Sequence record: AJ697969.1
Origin: Pseudomonas phage EL
Strand: one strand, 5' to 3'
Length of the DNA stretch: 64,000 nucleotides
Below, one piece after another: positions 18,935-29,300 of the stretch. The stretch's first letter is position 1. The number at the start of each line of letters is the position of its first letter. The notes beneath the pieces are model-generated. The model saw nothing but the letters and a program-made list of their open reading frames with translations. It made no database searches and had not been told where the DNA came from. Made by a program: the position numbers and the translations under genes.

Positions 18935-19509
18935 AGCCCTCTGATAGTGTACGGGTCTTAGCCATAGATCCGTCCACTACCTGTATGGGGGTGAGTGTCT
19001 TCGACATCAATATTGCTAAAGCTGAACCGTTTAAGTTGATTTACGCGAACACGATCTTTGGTAATAAGTTGTTGTTTGACATTCCAGCACAATTTGATGA
19101 TCGCGCGGACACTGGTATTGCGGCAAGAAGTTACGGTATGGCGCGCAGTTTAAGTCAACTGTTAGCTATCTTCGAACCCGACAGTGGGATCTGTGAGGAT
19201 AACTTCCTCGGTATGTCTCCGCTTACATTTAAGCAGTTGATTCAAGTGGTCTCCTTGTTACGTGAAACCTTCGTTACCCACGGTATTCATTTGTCGTATC
19301 TCCTCCCTCGTTTAGCTAAAGCCGTGGTGGGTGCAGATTTCAGTGGGAGTAAGAAGGAGGATGTTCATAAAGGGGTGATGGACTATCCGTGGTTAGACGC
19401 CGGCGAGATTGATTTGACGGTTCTGGATGAACACTCCGCTGACAGTGTCGCTATCGGCCTCTATCGGTGTGAGCAGATCGCCCGGCATTACGGTGTCTCA
19501 GAGAGGTGA
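18919..19509 (+). CDS. RuvC-like Holliday junction resolvase
   Basis: VLAIDPSTTCMGVSVF matches ILGIDPGSRVTGYGV. ICEDNF matches the catalytic AIEQVF. HSADSVAIGL matches DAADALAIA. Confidence 0.7.
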   Translation: MLCVLKPSDSVRVLAIDPSTTCMGVSVFDINIAKAEPFKLIYANTIFGNKLLFDIPAQFDDRADTGIAARSYGMARSLSQLLAIFEPDSGICEDNFLGMSPLTFKQLIQVVSLLRETFVTHGIHLSYLLPRLAKAVVGADFSGSKKEDVHKGVMDYPWLDAGEIDLTVLDEHSADSVAIGLYRCEQIARHYGVSER

Positions 19510-19513
19510 ACGT

Positions 19514-19885
19514 ATGACTGAAACAACTCAAGACGATGACCCAGAGCTACCCGCCAATTCTCCTCCTGTTGAAGGAGGAGTGGAACGGGAGATCTTTGGT
19601 AAATGGAAAGTATTGTTGATTAACCTCGGTGGTATCCTTTCCGTGTTGGTGGTGTGTTTAACGGCACTGATTAACTCGTTTACTATTTACCTGTCAGTAA
19701 CCACCAATGGTAAATGGCCCAGTGAGATGAGTATGTTCATCATGATGGTGGGGCCGGTGATCTGTGCATGGGGGTGGATGAACGTTAACGGTACCTTAAA
19801 GACTATTATGTCTCAATCGGGGTTTAGTAACAAAATGAGAACCAAGGTGGCTGAGATCATTGCGCCTAAGCCCAAGACAGAATAA
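19514..19885 (+). CDS. Holin-like membrane protein (2 TM)
   Basis: ATG at 19514. Two hydrophobic helices. Lies next to the spanin pair. Confidence 0.4.
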   Translation: MTETTQDDDPELPANSPPVEGGVEREIFGKWKVLLINLGGILSVLVVCLTALINSFTIYLSVTTNGKWPSEMSMFIMMVGPVICAWGWMNVNGTLKTIMSQSGFSNKMRTKVAEIIAPKPKTE

Positions 19886-19896
19886 ACCCAATAGGA

Positions 19897-19940
19897 ATCC
19901 TACCTGTAGCCTTTGCGGGCTACAGGTAGGATTTATCACG
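19897..19940. terminator. Bidirectional terminator (atcctacctgtagcc/ggctacaggtaggat)
   Basis: 15-bp perfect stem between convergent genes. Confidence 0.7.
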
Positions 19941-19946
19941 CGTCTG

Positions 19947-20396
19947 TCATTCAGGTAGAGCTAAACTCTCAATTAACACATTGATGTTATCAATCAACTG
20001 TGAAATGGTACGCTGGCTGGCGTATAACTTCATGTTGCTGTCATCCAACGCCCGGGTCGTATTGATCAGCAGTACCCGGGTAACTCGATAACAGAGCTCT
20101 CGTGCCTCCCGAGAGGGTTTCTCCAAGCAGTCATACTCCAGCAGAAAGGTCGTTAAACTACTTAACTGACTAGGAGGCATCTCCGCGGGTGGGTTCTTGA
20201 GTTGAGGGAGCACTTGGGTCAGCCTTTCCTGAGCTGCCAGGACTTGCTTCCGGTACGTGTTGATCCTTACTTGCTCCGCTTGAACCTGGAGGATTGAGTT
20301 GGTCTCGGACAGTTTGGGATTGTTGCTGCATCCCACTAGGATCAGGGATACTAGACAGATTAACATCCACCCCATACTTTTCAAGTAGTTTTGCAT
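19947..20396 (-). CDS. Outer-membrane lipoprotein, o-spanin-like (overlaps i-spanin)
   Basis: Signal peptide with lipobox LVGC. Start lies inside the upstream ORF in another frame. Confidence 0.5.
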   Translation of the reverse strand: MQNYLKSMGWMLICLVSLILVGCSNNPKLSETNSILQVQAEQVRINTYRKQVLAAQERLTQVLPQLKNPPAEMPPSQLSSLTTFLLEYDCLEKPSREARELCYRVTRVLLINTTRALDDSNMKLYASQRTISQLIDNINVLIESLALPE

Positions 20397-20661
20397 AGCC
20401 TGAGTTGTCCTCTTCAGTTCGCTGTTCCAACTGACGGGCGAGGGTTTGAGTCAAGGCGGCTGTGGCATTGGAATTGTTTTCCATGTTGTCAGCCACCCGT
20501 TGCAACTGGTTGGTAACGCGCTGAATCCCATTAACCGCTTCTACACTGATAGTGGGGTTACGTGGCACAATAGCCTGCCACGCGACAACCGCCAGAATCA
20601 ATATTAGAACCACGTCTCTAATCCATGTCATAATGGATCCTCCTAACGGTATTGGGTTCAT
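20170..20661 (-). CDS. i-spanin-like protein (N-terminal TM, coiled coil, Pro-rich C-terminus)
   Basis: TM IRDVVLILILAVVAWQAIV. Overlapped Rz/Rz1-type architecture. Confidence 0.5.
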   Translation of the reverse strand: MNPIPLGGSIMTWIRDVVLILILAVVAWQAIVPRNPTISVEAVNGIQRVTNQLQRVADNMENNSNATAALTQTLARQLEQRTEEDNSGYAKLLEKYGVDVNLSSIPDPSGMQQQSQTVRDQLNPPGSSGASKDQHVPEASPGSSGKADPSAPSTQEPTRGDAS

Positions 20662-20667
20662 AACAGG

Positions 20668-21909
20668 TCAATCCTCTTGAATAACACTTCGAATGTAAAG
20701 GTGGTAACCGTTGTACAACGAACTGGGTTCGAAGCGATTGGTATACCCGTGATAAAGGTTTCCACCGTTGGTAATACCGGTGGTCTTGTTGAGGAATTTA
20801 CGTTGAATGCCTAGGTCGATGTCTAAAAGTCTCCTGTTGATGATTTTGCGAGTGAAGTACTTGGGAATAAGGCCATTACTGACCATTAAGGGAATAGAAC
20901 GGGTTTCATGGGTGTGGTAGGTGAAGGGATACTGGTACGTGGTGATGGGCTCCACGGACACATACAGGTTGGGATTATCCAGTACGATGAGGAAGGTACT
21001 GGGATCGGTTAACAGAGTCTTCCAGAAGCTCTCTGTACTGAAGAACCGTTTATCCACGACTTCACGTTCTGGATCAATGATCCGACTGAGGTCGATCATC
21101 GATTTCGAAATAAAGAGGGCGGAAAACCAATCCACCTTCTCCGTACGCAGCGTTAAGGTACGGTCACTCATTACCTGTACCACGTCATTCAGGTACAACC
21201 GACCTCCAATACTCATCCAGACTGTCTTATTCCTTAGACTGACCGGAGACCGTACGTGCAGGAAGTTGTAACTGTCGTGATCCTCAAAGTCGATATCCGT
21301 CTCTTGGAAGGTGTAGGTCTTGAGTTTAGAGAGGGTATTGAAGTTAAGGTAGTTCACATGAATGTTGTCATTCACATTGAAGTGCTTCCCACCGTTCAAC
21401 AGGTACACCGCCTGGTCATCCGCCACTGCTCGTACCAAATGCCCTCCATTGATCGTCCACAACCCCCGTTCAACCAAGGCGTTATAATCCACCGCCGTTC
21501 GATCGGTCTTGATGACCCGAATATCCGGCGCGCTTGCGACGTCCAGGTGCTCCTGGCGATCATTGGCGATCTTAGCGTCACCAGGATACAGGGTAAACCA
21601 TTTGTATTGGATGTCTTGAGCCGTTACGTACCGGTACTCATTGCCGGGGAGGGTATTACTGGTCTTAAGGGGGACATTGATCTGGGTGTCTAACCACTGT
21701 TGGATCACCCCATCGAACAACAGGAACTGGTTATGATAGTCCGCCAGGTCAATGACCACATCCCGGCCGTACAACCCATCTTTCACCACAATCTTTAATT
21801 CACAAAACGTAGCCACCAGTTCTTTGGTGGTCATCTCACTGATATCCACCAATTCCTCTCCTCGGGGGAAGATTTGGTTGATCCCAACCGCCCTTTTATA
21901 GATGTACAT
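20668..21909 (-). CDS. Hypothetical structural protein (413 aa)
   Basis: Long ORF divergent from the fiber cassette. Confidence 0.65.
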   Translation of the reverse strand: MYIYKRAVGINQIFPRGEELVDISEMTTKELVATFCELKIVVKDGLYGRDVVIDLADYHNQFLLFDGVIQQWLDTQINVPLKTSNTLPGNEYRYVTAQDIQYKWFTLYPGDAKIANDRQEHLDVASAPDIRVIKTDRTAVDYNALVERGLWTINGGHLVRAVADDQAVYLLNGGKHFNVNDNIHVNYLNFNTLSKLKTYTFQETDIDFEDHDSYNFLHVRSPVSLRNKTVWMSIGGRLYLNDVVQVMSDRTLTLRTEKVDWFSALFISKSMIDLSRIIDPEREVVDKRFFSTESFWKTLLTDPSTFLIVLDNPNLYVSVEPITTYQYPFTYHTHETRSIPLMVSNGLIPKYFTRKIINRRLLDIDLGIQRKFLNKTTGITNGGNLYHGYTNRFEPSSLYNGYHLYIRSVIQED

Positions 21910-22024
21910 AGGGGTTCAACTCCTTAACGATTCTATGAAATCTACCCTACAGGCCCTATGGGTACTATACTCTCTAGGGGATTAATCATAAAATGCCTTA
22001 TTCATTGACTTTGGAGAAATTCTA

Positions 22025-22768
22025 ATGGCAAACATCGTCTATGGTTGGAACCCCTTCCAGGAACGCGTCGATTGCAGAGTGACGAACGAAATCATTAAAA
22101 CCTCTGGTAATCTCAACCGCGTCGAGTTCGTTCCCCGAGCAGCTCCTTTCTTTGCTCACAACTTCAAACTGTACCGTCAAGGGAGTAACCAACCACTCCT
22201 CCCGGGACAAGACTTCATCTTTGGTCATCCTTTCCAACGGTTTATTAAGACCTATCAGAAGAACGTGTACAGTTCCGTGATTCTGCTGAAACCGGTTGAA
22301 GTGGTCCTGATGGGGGAATATGACACCATTGGCGGACCGTTCGTGTTGGATGATGTGGCGTACGCTACCTTGGTAGCCAACATCATTAACAGCCCCCGGG
22401 AAGCCCTCTGGGAGAACCTGGTCAATGTCCCGACCGAGTTCCCTTCGGATCCTCATGAACATCCGGCTGCCCAGGTCTATGATTTTGCTCAGATGATGGA
22501 TTACCTGCGTGACCTGATCTTGGCGGTTACTCAAACCACCTCCGATTCCCCAACGACCTTGAAGACCCTGTTGGAACAACACCTCGCGGCTGACTTGGCG
22601 CAAGCCCACAGGGCGGATAAGGGAATGCTGGGTCTCGACAATGTAGAGAACTTGGGCAAAGCCACGGTCAATGATATCACGGGCAATTCGGACAACCTCG
22701 TCGTCACTGTAGCCGTTATGAAGGAAGCCCTCCGTCGACTGGCTGCGGGTACGCTGAACCTTAATTAA
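22025..22768 (+). CDS. Fiber-cassette protein carrying only the shared N-terminal module (247 aa)
   Basis: Shares SPFF, FP.DPH.H and LGLDNVENLGKAT blocks with the N-termini of the two giant genes that follow. Confidence 0.65.
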   Translation: MANIVYGWNPFQERVDCRVTNEIIKTSGNLNRVEFVPRAAPFFAHNFKLYRQGSNQPLLPGQDFIFGHPFQRFIKTYQKNVYSSVILLKPVEVVLMGEYDTIGGPFVLDDVAYATLVANIINSPREALWENLVNVPTEFPSDPHEHPAAQVYDFAQMMDYLRDLILAVTQTTSDSPTTLKTLLEQHLAADLAQAHRADKGMLGLDNVENLGKATVNDITGNSDNLVVTVAVMKEALRRLAAGTLNLN

Positions 22769-22778
22769 GGAGCCGGTT

Positions 22779-25700
22779 ATGCATTTTCCAATCGTCCGGG
22801 AATACAAAACCGATATTGTTCACAATAACCTGGAGAACCAAATTCGAGGTGAACCGTTTAAAGTCGATCCAGGAATCTGGTCCCGGATTATTGTGCCTAT
22901 CCACAGTCCGTTCTTTGTCGACAGCCTGAAAGTGACGTTCCCGAACGGTCAACCCATGGACGAGTCCCAGTACCGTATTTATCGCTTGATGCCTCGGTTG
23001 ACGGAACTCACCGCTCAGAAAGTTGCGTGTATGATCGAACTGCTGGACCCTACGATTACCGAAGGGAAGTTGGATTACGATGTGGTAGGGGAATTCAGCC
23101 TGTTTGATACCACCCTGCTCCACATGGTGATTGCTGCCTCTGAAGATGACCGTCCGGTCTGGTGGGAGAACATCAAGAACAAACCCGTGGTCTTCCCACC
23201 GGAGTGGCATACTCACAGCCTACTCTACGACATCATGGCCTTTGGTGACTTTGTTGAAGTCTTGGGGATGATCTCTGACGCGGTTGAAACGCATGGGAAA
23301 CCGTACCTTCAGATTAAGATTGACCATGCGTTTGAACTGTTCAATCATTACCTGGGGATTTACAAGAAGTCACTGGCTGATTTCTTGGCTCGTCATAAAG
23401 CGAGTTATAACAGCCACGGACTGACGGCCTTGCAAGTGGGATTGGAGAAAGTAGACAACTTCCCCACCGCTACCGCTTCCGGTGCCTTGGAAGGTAGACG
23501 TGACCGTCACCTCACGGTATCGGGACTTCAAGCCATTATTGACCACTATGGCTTTAATCCCAAGGACTTCATTGAGAACGGTAAACTTCCCATTGCTCAA
23601 TTCGGTAACACGAACTTCATTCCCCCGTCTATTGATGGATCCTTTGAAGGCTTGGGGGGTAAGAGTGAATGTGCAGCCATTACCATGGAAGCGGATGGCA
23701 GCATCGTCTTTCTGGCTAACCGAATGGATGGGCGTGTTGACGGACTGTATTACTCGGTTCTGGAAGATCCCTATACCAACCCCCGGTTAGTCTATACCAG
23801 TTACCGCTATTCCCACCCTCTGCTCTTAGCGGAGAATGCGGAATGTGATCGGATTGTCCAAGGGAGTGGACGTGAAGTCATTATGCTGGGGGATATTCGT
23901 AAGAACTTGTTTTACATTGGATTGACCAATGGTACCCTGGATCCCACTAAACACATTCTCACACCCATTAACCTGGATGCGCTAAAGGCTCCCTGGAATG
24001 GCAATCCGAACTTCTCCTGGAATACTTGGTTCAGAAGTTTGAGCGTGGCGTATCTGGGGAACTGGATCTACATCTTCCACGCCCACAACGTGGAGAATGG
24101 AGAACAAGCTGATGGTGTAACGGATTACCGGTATCGGTACCTGTACCGGGTTAGAACCAGTGATGTCAACGCCCAGATCCCGGTAACCGCTACGTTGGTC
24201 CGCCCCACCTTTAAAGACGGTGACGGTGTTCAATGGAATAACGCACCGTTCTTCCGGTGGTGTACCCCTCAGGGGTATCAGCGGGTGAATAACAATGATA
24301 CCTGGGAACGGTATTACTTTACCTTTAAACAAAGTGATAACCTCGCCTTTACGGGGATTTACCGTTCCCAGCCAACGGTGGTGTGCCCTATTCCGAACAA
24401 GCCGGGTAAATACCTGGTACGCTTTATGGCGGCCTGGTGGGGGCGGTACGTGGTTCCTGGACTAATAGGTACCTGGGACCTCCCGCTAGAGATGGTGTAT
24501 GAGATGGACCCTGAAACCGGTGTGATGACCCTCCTCCATCAAACACCTCGACGGGAAATCGATTTCCTGAACATTCCGTCCTCTGGCGACCCAAAAAACC
24601 GCCGCCTTAACCAATTGGTGTTCAACGATTCGGAACAAGGCATGGAAGTGCTGGATGATGGGACGATTGTGGCGTCCTACGGGGCCTATCAGTCGTTCCC
24701 CCGGTCAGCCTTCTACGTAGTACCCAGGTCGTTCAAGTCCCGGTATGACGTCATGAACCGGACGTGGATGACCGACTTAGGGGATATTGAAAACCAGCAA
24801 CTCATTGCGGAGAAAATTACCAGCCCGATTGCTTCCTCGATCAAACCACGTTCCTTCTTGTTGGGTAATGGCGGGGATGTGTATACCGCGGGGACCAATA
24901 CCCTACCGAGTGTTATCACCAACCAACTGTGGTACCGGCAGTCCCCTGGGAAGTTAGCGGAGCGTCCTGAGGTCTCTAACCTCTTCTTCAACAAGGTTGT
25001 TTCTCGTCCTCTGAGTAACGCGGTCTTCCGGGTGGAAGGTCCTCCTCAGGTGGGTGGAGCCTATGTGACTGTCCCTTCTAACCTGTTGGATCAGTACAAC
25101 ACGGACTTGGGGGAATTCACCTTCTGTATGGGAACGCAGAAAGCGAACCTCGACCTGTCGAAAGCAGAAGGGGAATGGCCCGCTGGTAATCTTCCTCAAG
25201 ACATCAAGGTTATGTCAGGACATACCCAGCAGATCAATCCGGATGGTTCGATGACCATGGTACCTACGGGGACTATTCTCTACCCATCGTCCATTACGGC
25301 TCGGTTTGTAAACCATGTCGCGAATCCGACTGCCTGTAGAAACTCCCCCGCGATGTTTATCGGGCTGTGTGATCCCACTGGTTTCCTGACCGATAAGTTC
25401 GGTTGGTTACCGGTGATAATGATCATCAACTACGGAGAACCTGGCACCACGTCTCGTCACTGGACAATCTTGGTCATCGACCCGGTTTATACCGGACCCG
25501 TCAATGCCCGAGTGGTCAGTGATTATACCGTGCTGGATGTGGTACACAATGTCCATCTACAGGGTGCTACTGGGTTGACACCTGCCAGCTGGGATGCCTT
25601 CCTGGGCGGGGGAGCTAACACATCGGGTGGGGGTGCGATGAGGGTAGGGTATTACCTCAAGAGCGCGACCGAGTTGGAAGGCTTTATTGACAGTGGGGTC

Positions 25701-26333
25701 ATTGCAGCAGGTCCAGGAGACTCACTCACCTCGTTTGGGACATTCCGGTATACGAACCGTAGTACGAAACGGTGGACTGAATGTATACCTAGTATTACCG
25801 GTCAAAGTGGGGGTGCTAACCACAAGACCGTTACACCGGATAACGGGGTAGCTAACCAAATGGCGTACAACGTTTCCACTGGGGGAGCCGCTACGATCTT
25901 TGAAGGGTCGGTGAATAACCCCTTGCTGGGATCGGTTTACCCCGCTACCGGTTGGTACTTGTTCTTCCAATCGGAACTCAGGGTGGTCTTCAACGGACAG
26001 AACTACACGTTGAAGTCCATCTCCGTGGATTTGTCGGCAATAGTCCCTAATCCCGCTAATAAGACGTTCTATTTGTACGCAGTTCTTAAGAACGGGAATG
26101 CGAGCTACGAAGTGACTTTGGAGAAACGAGCTGAGACACCGTTTATTGTGTGGGTCGGACGAGCGGTTACGAATGACCGTCAGATCCTCACCATTGAACG
26201 GTTTAATGTCTTTACGATTAACGGGAACCGGATCTCCGAGACGAAACGGGGGAACTGCATCCCGGCGTCGTCAGGCTTGGTGAATGCCGAAGGTCAACTC
26301 CCGTGGTTACGTTCTTCTGAAATGCTTCCGTAA
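22779..26333 (+). CDS. Giant tail fiber/spike-like protein, paralog 1 (1184 aa)
   Basis: N-terminal module (PFF..., FPPEWHTH, LEKVDNFPTAT, GSFEGLGG) and C-terminal module (GWYLFFQ...NKTFYLYA...TKRGNCIPASSG...SEMLP) are shared with paralog 2. Confidence 0.8.
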   Translation: MHFPIVREYKTDIVHNNLENQIRGEPFKVDPGIWSRIIVPIHSPFFVDSLKVTFPNGQPMDESQYRIYRLMPRLTELTAQKVACMIELLDPTITEGKLDYDVVGEFSLFDTTLLHMVIAASEDDRPVWWENIKNKPVVFPPEWHTHSLLYDIMAFGDFVEVLGMISDAVETHGKPYLQIKIDHAFELFNHYLGIYKKSLADFLARHKASYNSHGLTALQVGLEKVDNFPTATASGALEGRRDRHLTVSGLQAIIDHYGFNPKDFIENGKLPIAQFGNTNFIPPSIDGSFEGLGGKSECAAITMEADGSIVFLANRMDGRVDGLYYSVLEDPYTNPRLVYTSYRYSHPLLLAENAECDRIVQGSGREVIMLGDIRKNLFYIGLTNGTLDPTKHILTPINLDALKAPWNGNPNFSWNTWFRSLSVAYLGNWIYIFHAHNVENGEQADGVTDYRYRYLYRVRTSDVNAQIPVTATLVRPTFKDGDGVQWNNAPFFRWCTPQGYQRVNNNDTWERYYFTFKQSDNLAFTGIYRSQPTVVCPIPNKPGKYLVRFMAAWWGRYVVPGLIGTWDLPLEMVYEMDPETGVMTLLHQTPRREIDFLNIPSSGDPKNRRLNQLVFNDSEQGMEVLDDGTIVASYGAYQSFPRSAFYVVPRSFKSRYDVMNRTWMTDLGDIENQQLIAEKITSPIASSIKPRSFLLGNGGDVYTAGTNTLPSVITNQLWYRQSPGKLAERPEVSNLFFNKVVSRPLSNAVFRVEGPPQVGGAYVTVPSNLLDQYNTDLGEFTFCMGTQKANLDLSKAEGEWPAGNLPQDIKVMSGHTQQINPDGSMTMVPTGTILYPSSITARFVNHVANPTACRNSPAMFIGLCDPTGFLTDKFGWLPVIMIINYGEPGTTSRHWTILVIDPVYTGPVNARVVSDYTVLDVVHNVHLQGATGLTPASWDAFLGGGANTSGGGAMRVGYYLKSATELEGFIDSGVIAAGPGDSLTSFGTFRYTNRSTKRWTECIPSITGQSGGANHKTVTPDNGVANQMAYNVSTGGAATIFEGSVNNPLLGSVYPATGWYLFFQSELRVVFNGQNYTLKSISVDLSAIVPNPANKTFYLYAVLKNGNASYEVTLEKRAETPFIVWVGRAVTNDRQILTIERFNVFTINGNRISETKRGNCIPASSGLVNAEGQLPWLRSSEMLP

Positions 26334-26340
26334 ACCCAAG

Positions 26341-26378
26341 GAGGGAGAGGGTTAACCCCCCTCCCTCCTTCTTTTCAA
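26341..26378 (+). terminator. Terminator hairpin (ggagggag...ctccctcc) + ttcttttc
   Basis: Imperfect long GC stem then a T-run. Confidence 0.6.
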
Positions 26379-26388
26379 GGTTTAGTCC

Positions 26389-29300
26389 ATGGATCCGTTT
26401 AAAATCGTTCAATTTGATATTCGTGGAACGCGCCCGGAGAATAAGATCACCGGGGAGAAAATGCTGATCAAGGATAAGACCTGTCCTTGGTTGATCCCGA
26501 ATGGGTCCCCGTTCTTTGCTGAACCTGGCCTGTTCACGTTGTATGACGAACGGGGTGCCGAAATGACCCTCAACCGGGATTACTGGTTGGAGGAAGCCTT
26601 TATCCCGTTCTGTGAGATCAGTGGTCGGAATGTTTGTTGTTTCATTCGGTTAAGTGAGAGTATTCGTCAGAACAACGCTTTCGTTACCGGAGACTACCAA
26701 ACCATTGGGGCGTGGTTCGTACCGCGTAATAACCTGGACGAATGGCTGGAAAAAATGCGGGAAGGGAAGATTCCCATTGAGTGGGAGAAGGTCTTCGGTG
26801 TTCCACCCACCCTACCGCCCGAATACCATTTGCATAAAGCTGATACCGAAATTGGTGATTGGTATGAGCTGACGTTCTTCCTGGATACCATGGCGAACAT
26901 TTACCGGAGCCGAGATCCAGAGTTGGAGGATCAATCGGAAGTTGTGATCAATGAGGCGTTTACGAAGCTCAGGAACTTCCGTGACGCCCAGATGCGTCGT
27001 CTTGTCGAACACGACAAGAATTACAACGCCCCTCACCTCCAAACGAAGACCAACCTTAACCTGGGCAATCTGGATAACTTTGCTACAGCTACTCCCGAAC
27101 AGGATAAGGCGGGTACGGCTGATAACCTCTTCAGTACCACGCTGGGTGTTAAGGAACTGGTCAGGGGGTATACGCCGGATACGTCGGCTTCCATGCGTTC
27201 AGGGATTATTGCCATTAGTCGATTTGGAGGAACGGATTATATCCCTCCGGGTATTAGTGGTTCGTTTGAAGGTCTGGGGGGTGTTACCCCGGACTGTGCA
27301 GCGGTATTGGAACTGAATGATAACCTGGTCTTTATTCGGGCTCATTACGACGGACGGACGGAAGGGTTGTATTACACTGTGGTTCGGAATCACTTGAGCC
27401 TGAATCCCGACGTTTCCTTTACCGGGTATAAATACCAGCCCCCGTCGTTAACGGCCATTGGGTTCGTACCCAACCGGGTCTTTACAGGGAGTGGTCGGAC
27501 TATCATCATGGTAACCCGTGATGGGACGAACCAGGTGTACGCTGCGCTGACCAATGGTACATTGGATCCTTCTGCGCATGTGTTTGTCAAATGTAACATT
27601 GATTTGGCTATCCAAGATCTGGGGACGTCAGTTCGTCTAACGGAGTGGAGTCAAATACACACGTTGGGTAATTGGGTCTACTTGTTTGTCACGGCGATGA
27701 CTGAAGGTCAATGGGGTGGTTGGGGGCATAGTCGTACACGGGCCTACAGAGCCCCTCTCAGCGCGATTAAAAATGGGCAGCCTCTTACCTTCAGTCGGGT
27801 TAAAGTCTCACTGACGAACGTCCCAGGGGCCTTACAGAGCAATGTTGACTACATTGAGTTCACCCCTGCTCCTCCAGACGGTGAATTCAGTACTTACGGC
27901 CCCATTACCTTTGCGCCTTATAAGGCCAAGAAAGGGGTTAAGGGATCCCAACGACGTCCCCTGATGTTCTTCTCTGAATCCAGTGACATAGGACCTCAAT
28001 ATTGTTCCATGCATTACTTCGGGATGATGTTCTTTACTGGGAACATCAACGGGGTGGACCGTGTAACCGGGGTGTACATCGATTGCAGTTACGATTTCAA
28101 CCCTGAAACAGCGACCTTCGTAGTGGTTAAACAACCCCCCGTACAGACCGTTGACCTGAGCAAGATCATCAGCAAAAATTCAACGGCCTCTGTGCATTAT
28201 GCAGGTATTAGTGACGTCTTCTTCAACATCTCTGATCACTCCAGTCACCTCCTGTTGGAGAATAAGGTGATTGTTGGGATGTCACGTCTAGGGTTGAGGG
28301 TCTCTTTCCCGGGGTTGTTTAGCCGTTTGCAGTTCAACAAAAACCCGAATGTAACCGCCAGTGGGATGTTGCGGGATTACATGCACGCGGACAATGCGAA
28401 CTTCTCGGGGATGGGGGTGTGGGAAACGCCCAGTTACCCTATTAAGAACGGAGGGCGAATCAGTGCAGTGGGGTATGAACTTGCCGGGGAGTATTTCTGG
28501 GCAGACAGCGCTGTTGATCATAACCGGTCGTTCTTCTACCGGAAGGTCAGCGGTGAATACGCCGTCCGTCCTGGGATTACCAACAGCAACTACCCCACCT
28601 TATTGGCTCGACCGATCAGCGCAGAGGTGTACGAGAACCGGTTAGACCGTAATACTTCCCTGATCAGTGTAACCGGGAGTGCGGCGTTCCTGACCGCTGA
28701 AGGGATTGAAATGGGGAACAGTTGTTTCTCTGTAATGGGAATGAACCATTTCGACGACCTGGCCTCAGGGGTTGAATCCGATACCACATGCCCTCGGGAG
28801 TTTACCTTTAAAGCCCCTAAAGGAAATGGGATCGTGTTATCCTGCCCCAGAACCTTCAGTCGGGTAATGGACACTGGGGATCAAACCTTTACCCTGAAGG
28901 GTGAAAGCCATTGGGGTGTTAAGCGTAACGTCATGGATAAACTGATCCAGTTGATCCCCGCTACCCTCAGGGAGAAATGGGCGGTTGAGTTGATGGTGAT
29001 CAATCCCATCAGTGGTAAAGGGTTCAGTCGGATGAACTACGCGCTGGCGTTGGTTCATACCCGGGACATCGAAGGGGGTCGGTATGTGGTCAAGAGTAAA
29101 CTGTTGGCCTGTGCACCGGTGATTGGTAATCCAGTCTCGGGGGTCTACCCGATTGATGACCTTACGATTCTTGATCAAACCGCATTTATCACCACGGTGA
29201 ACAACAGTGGGGCTGGGGATGAGTGGAGTGACACAGAAGCGGATGTTGTGGCGTGTCCTCAGGTGTCGCTTTATGTGGATGAAGCGACGAATACCCTCTC

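Noticed and set aside
21910-22024. Partial AAATCTACcctacagg match to the promoter motif in the divergent intergenic region
   Set aside because: Too degenerate to call: fewer than 12/17 with indel.
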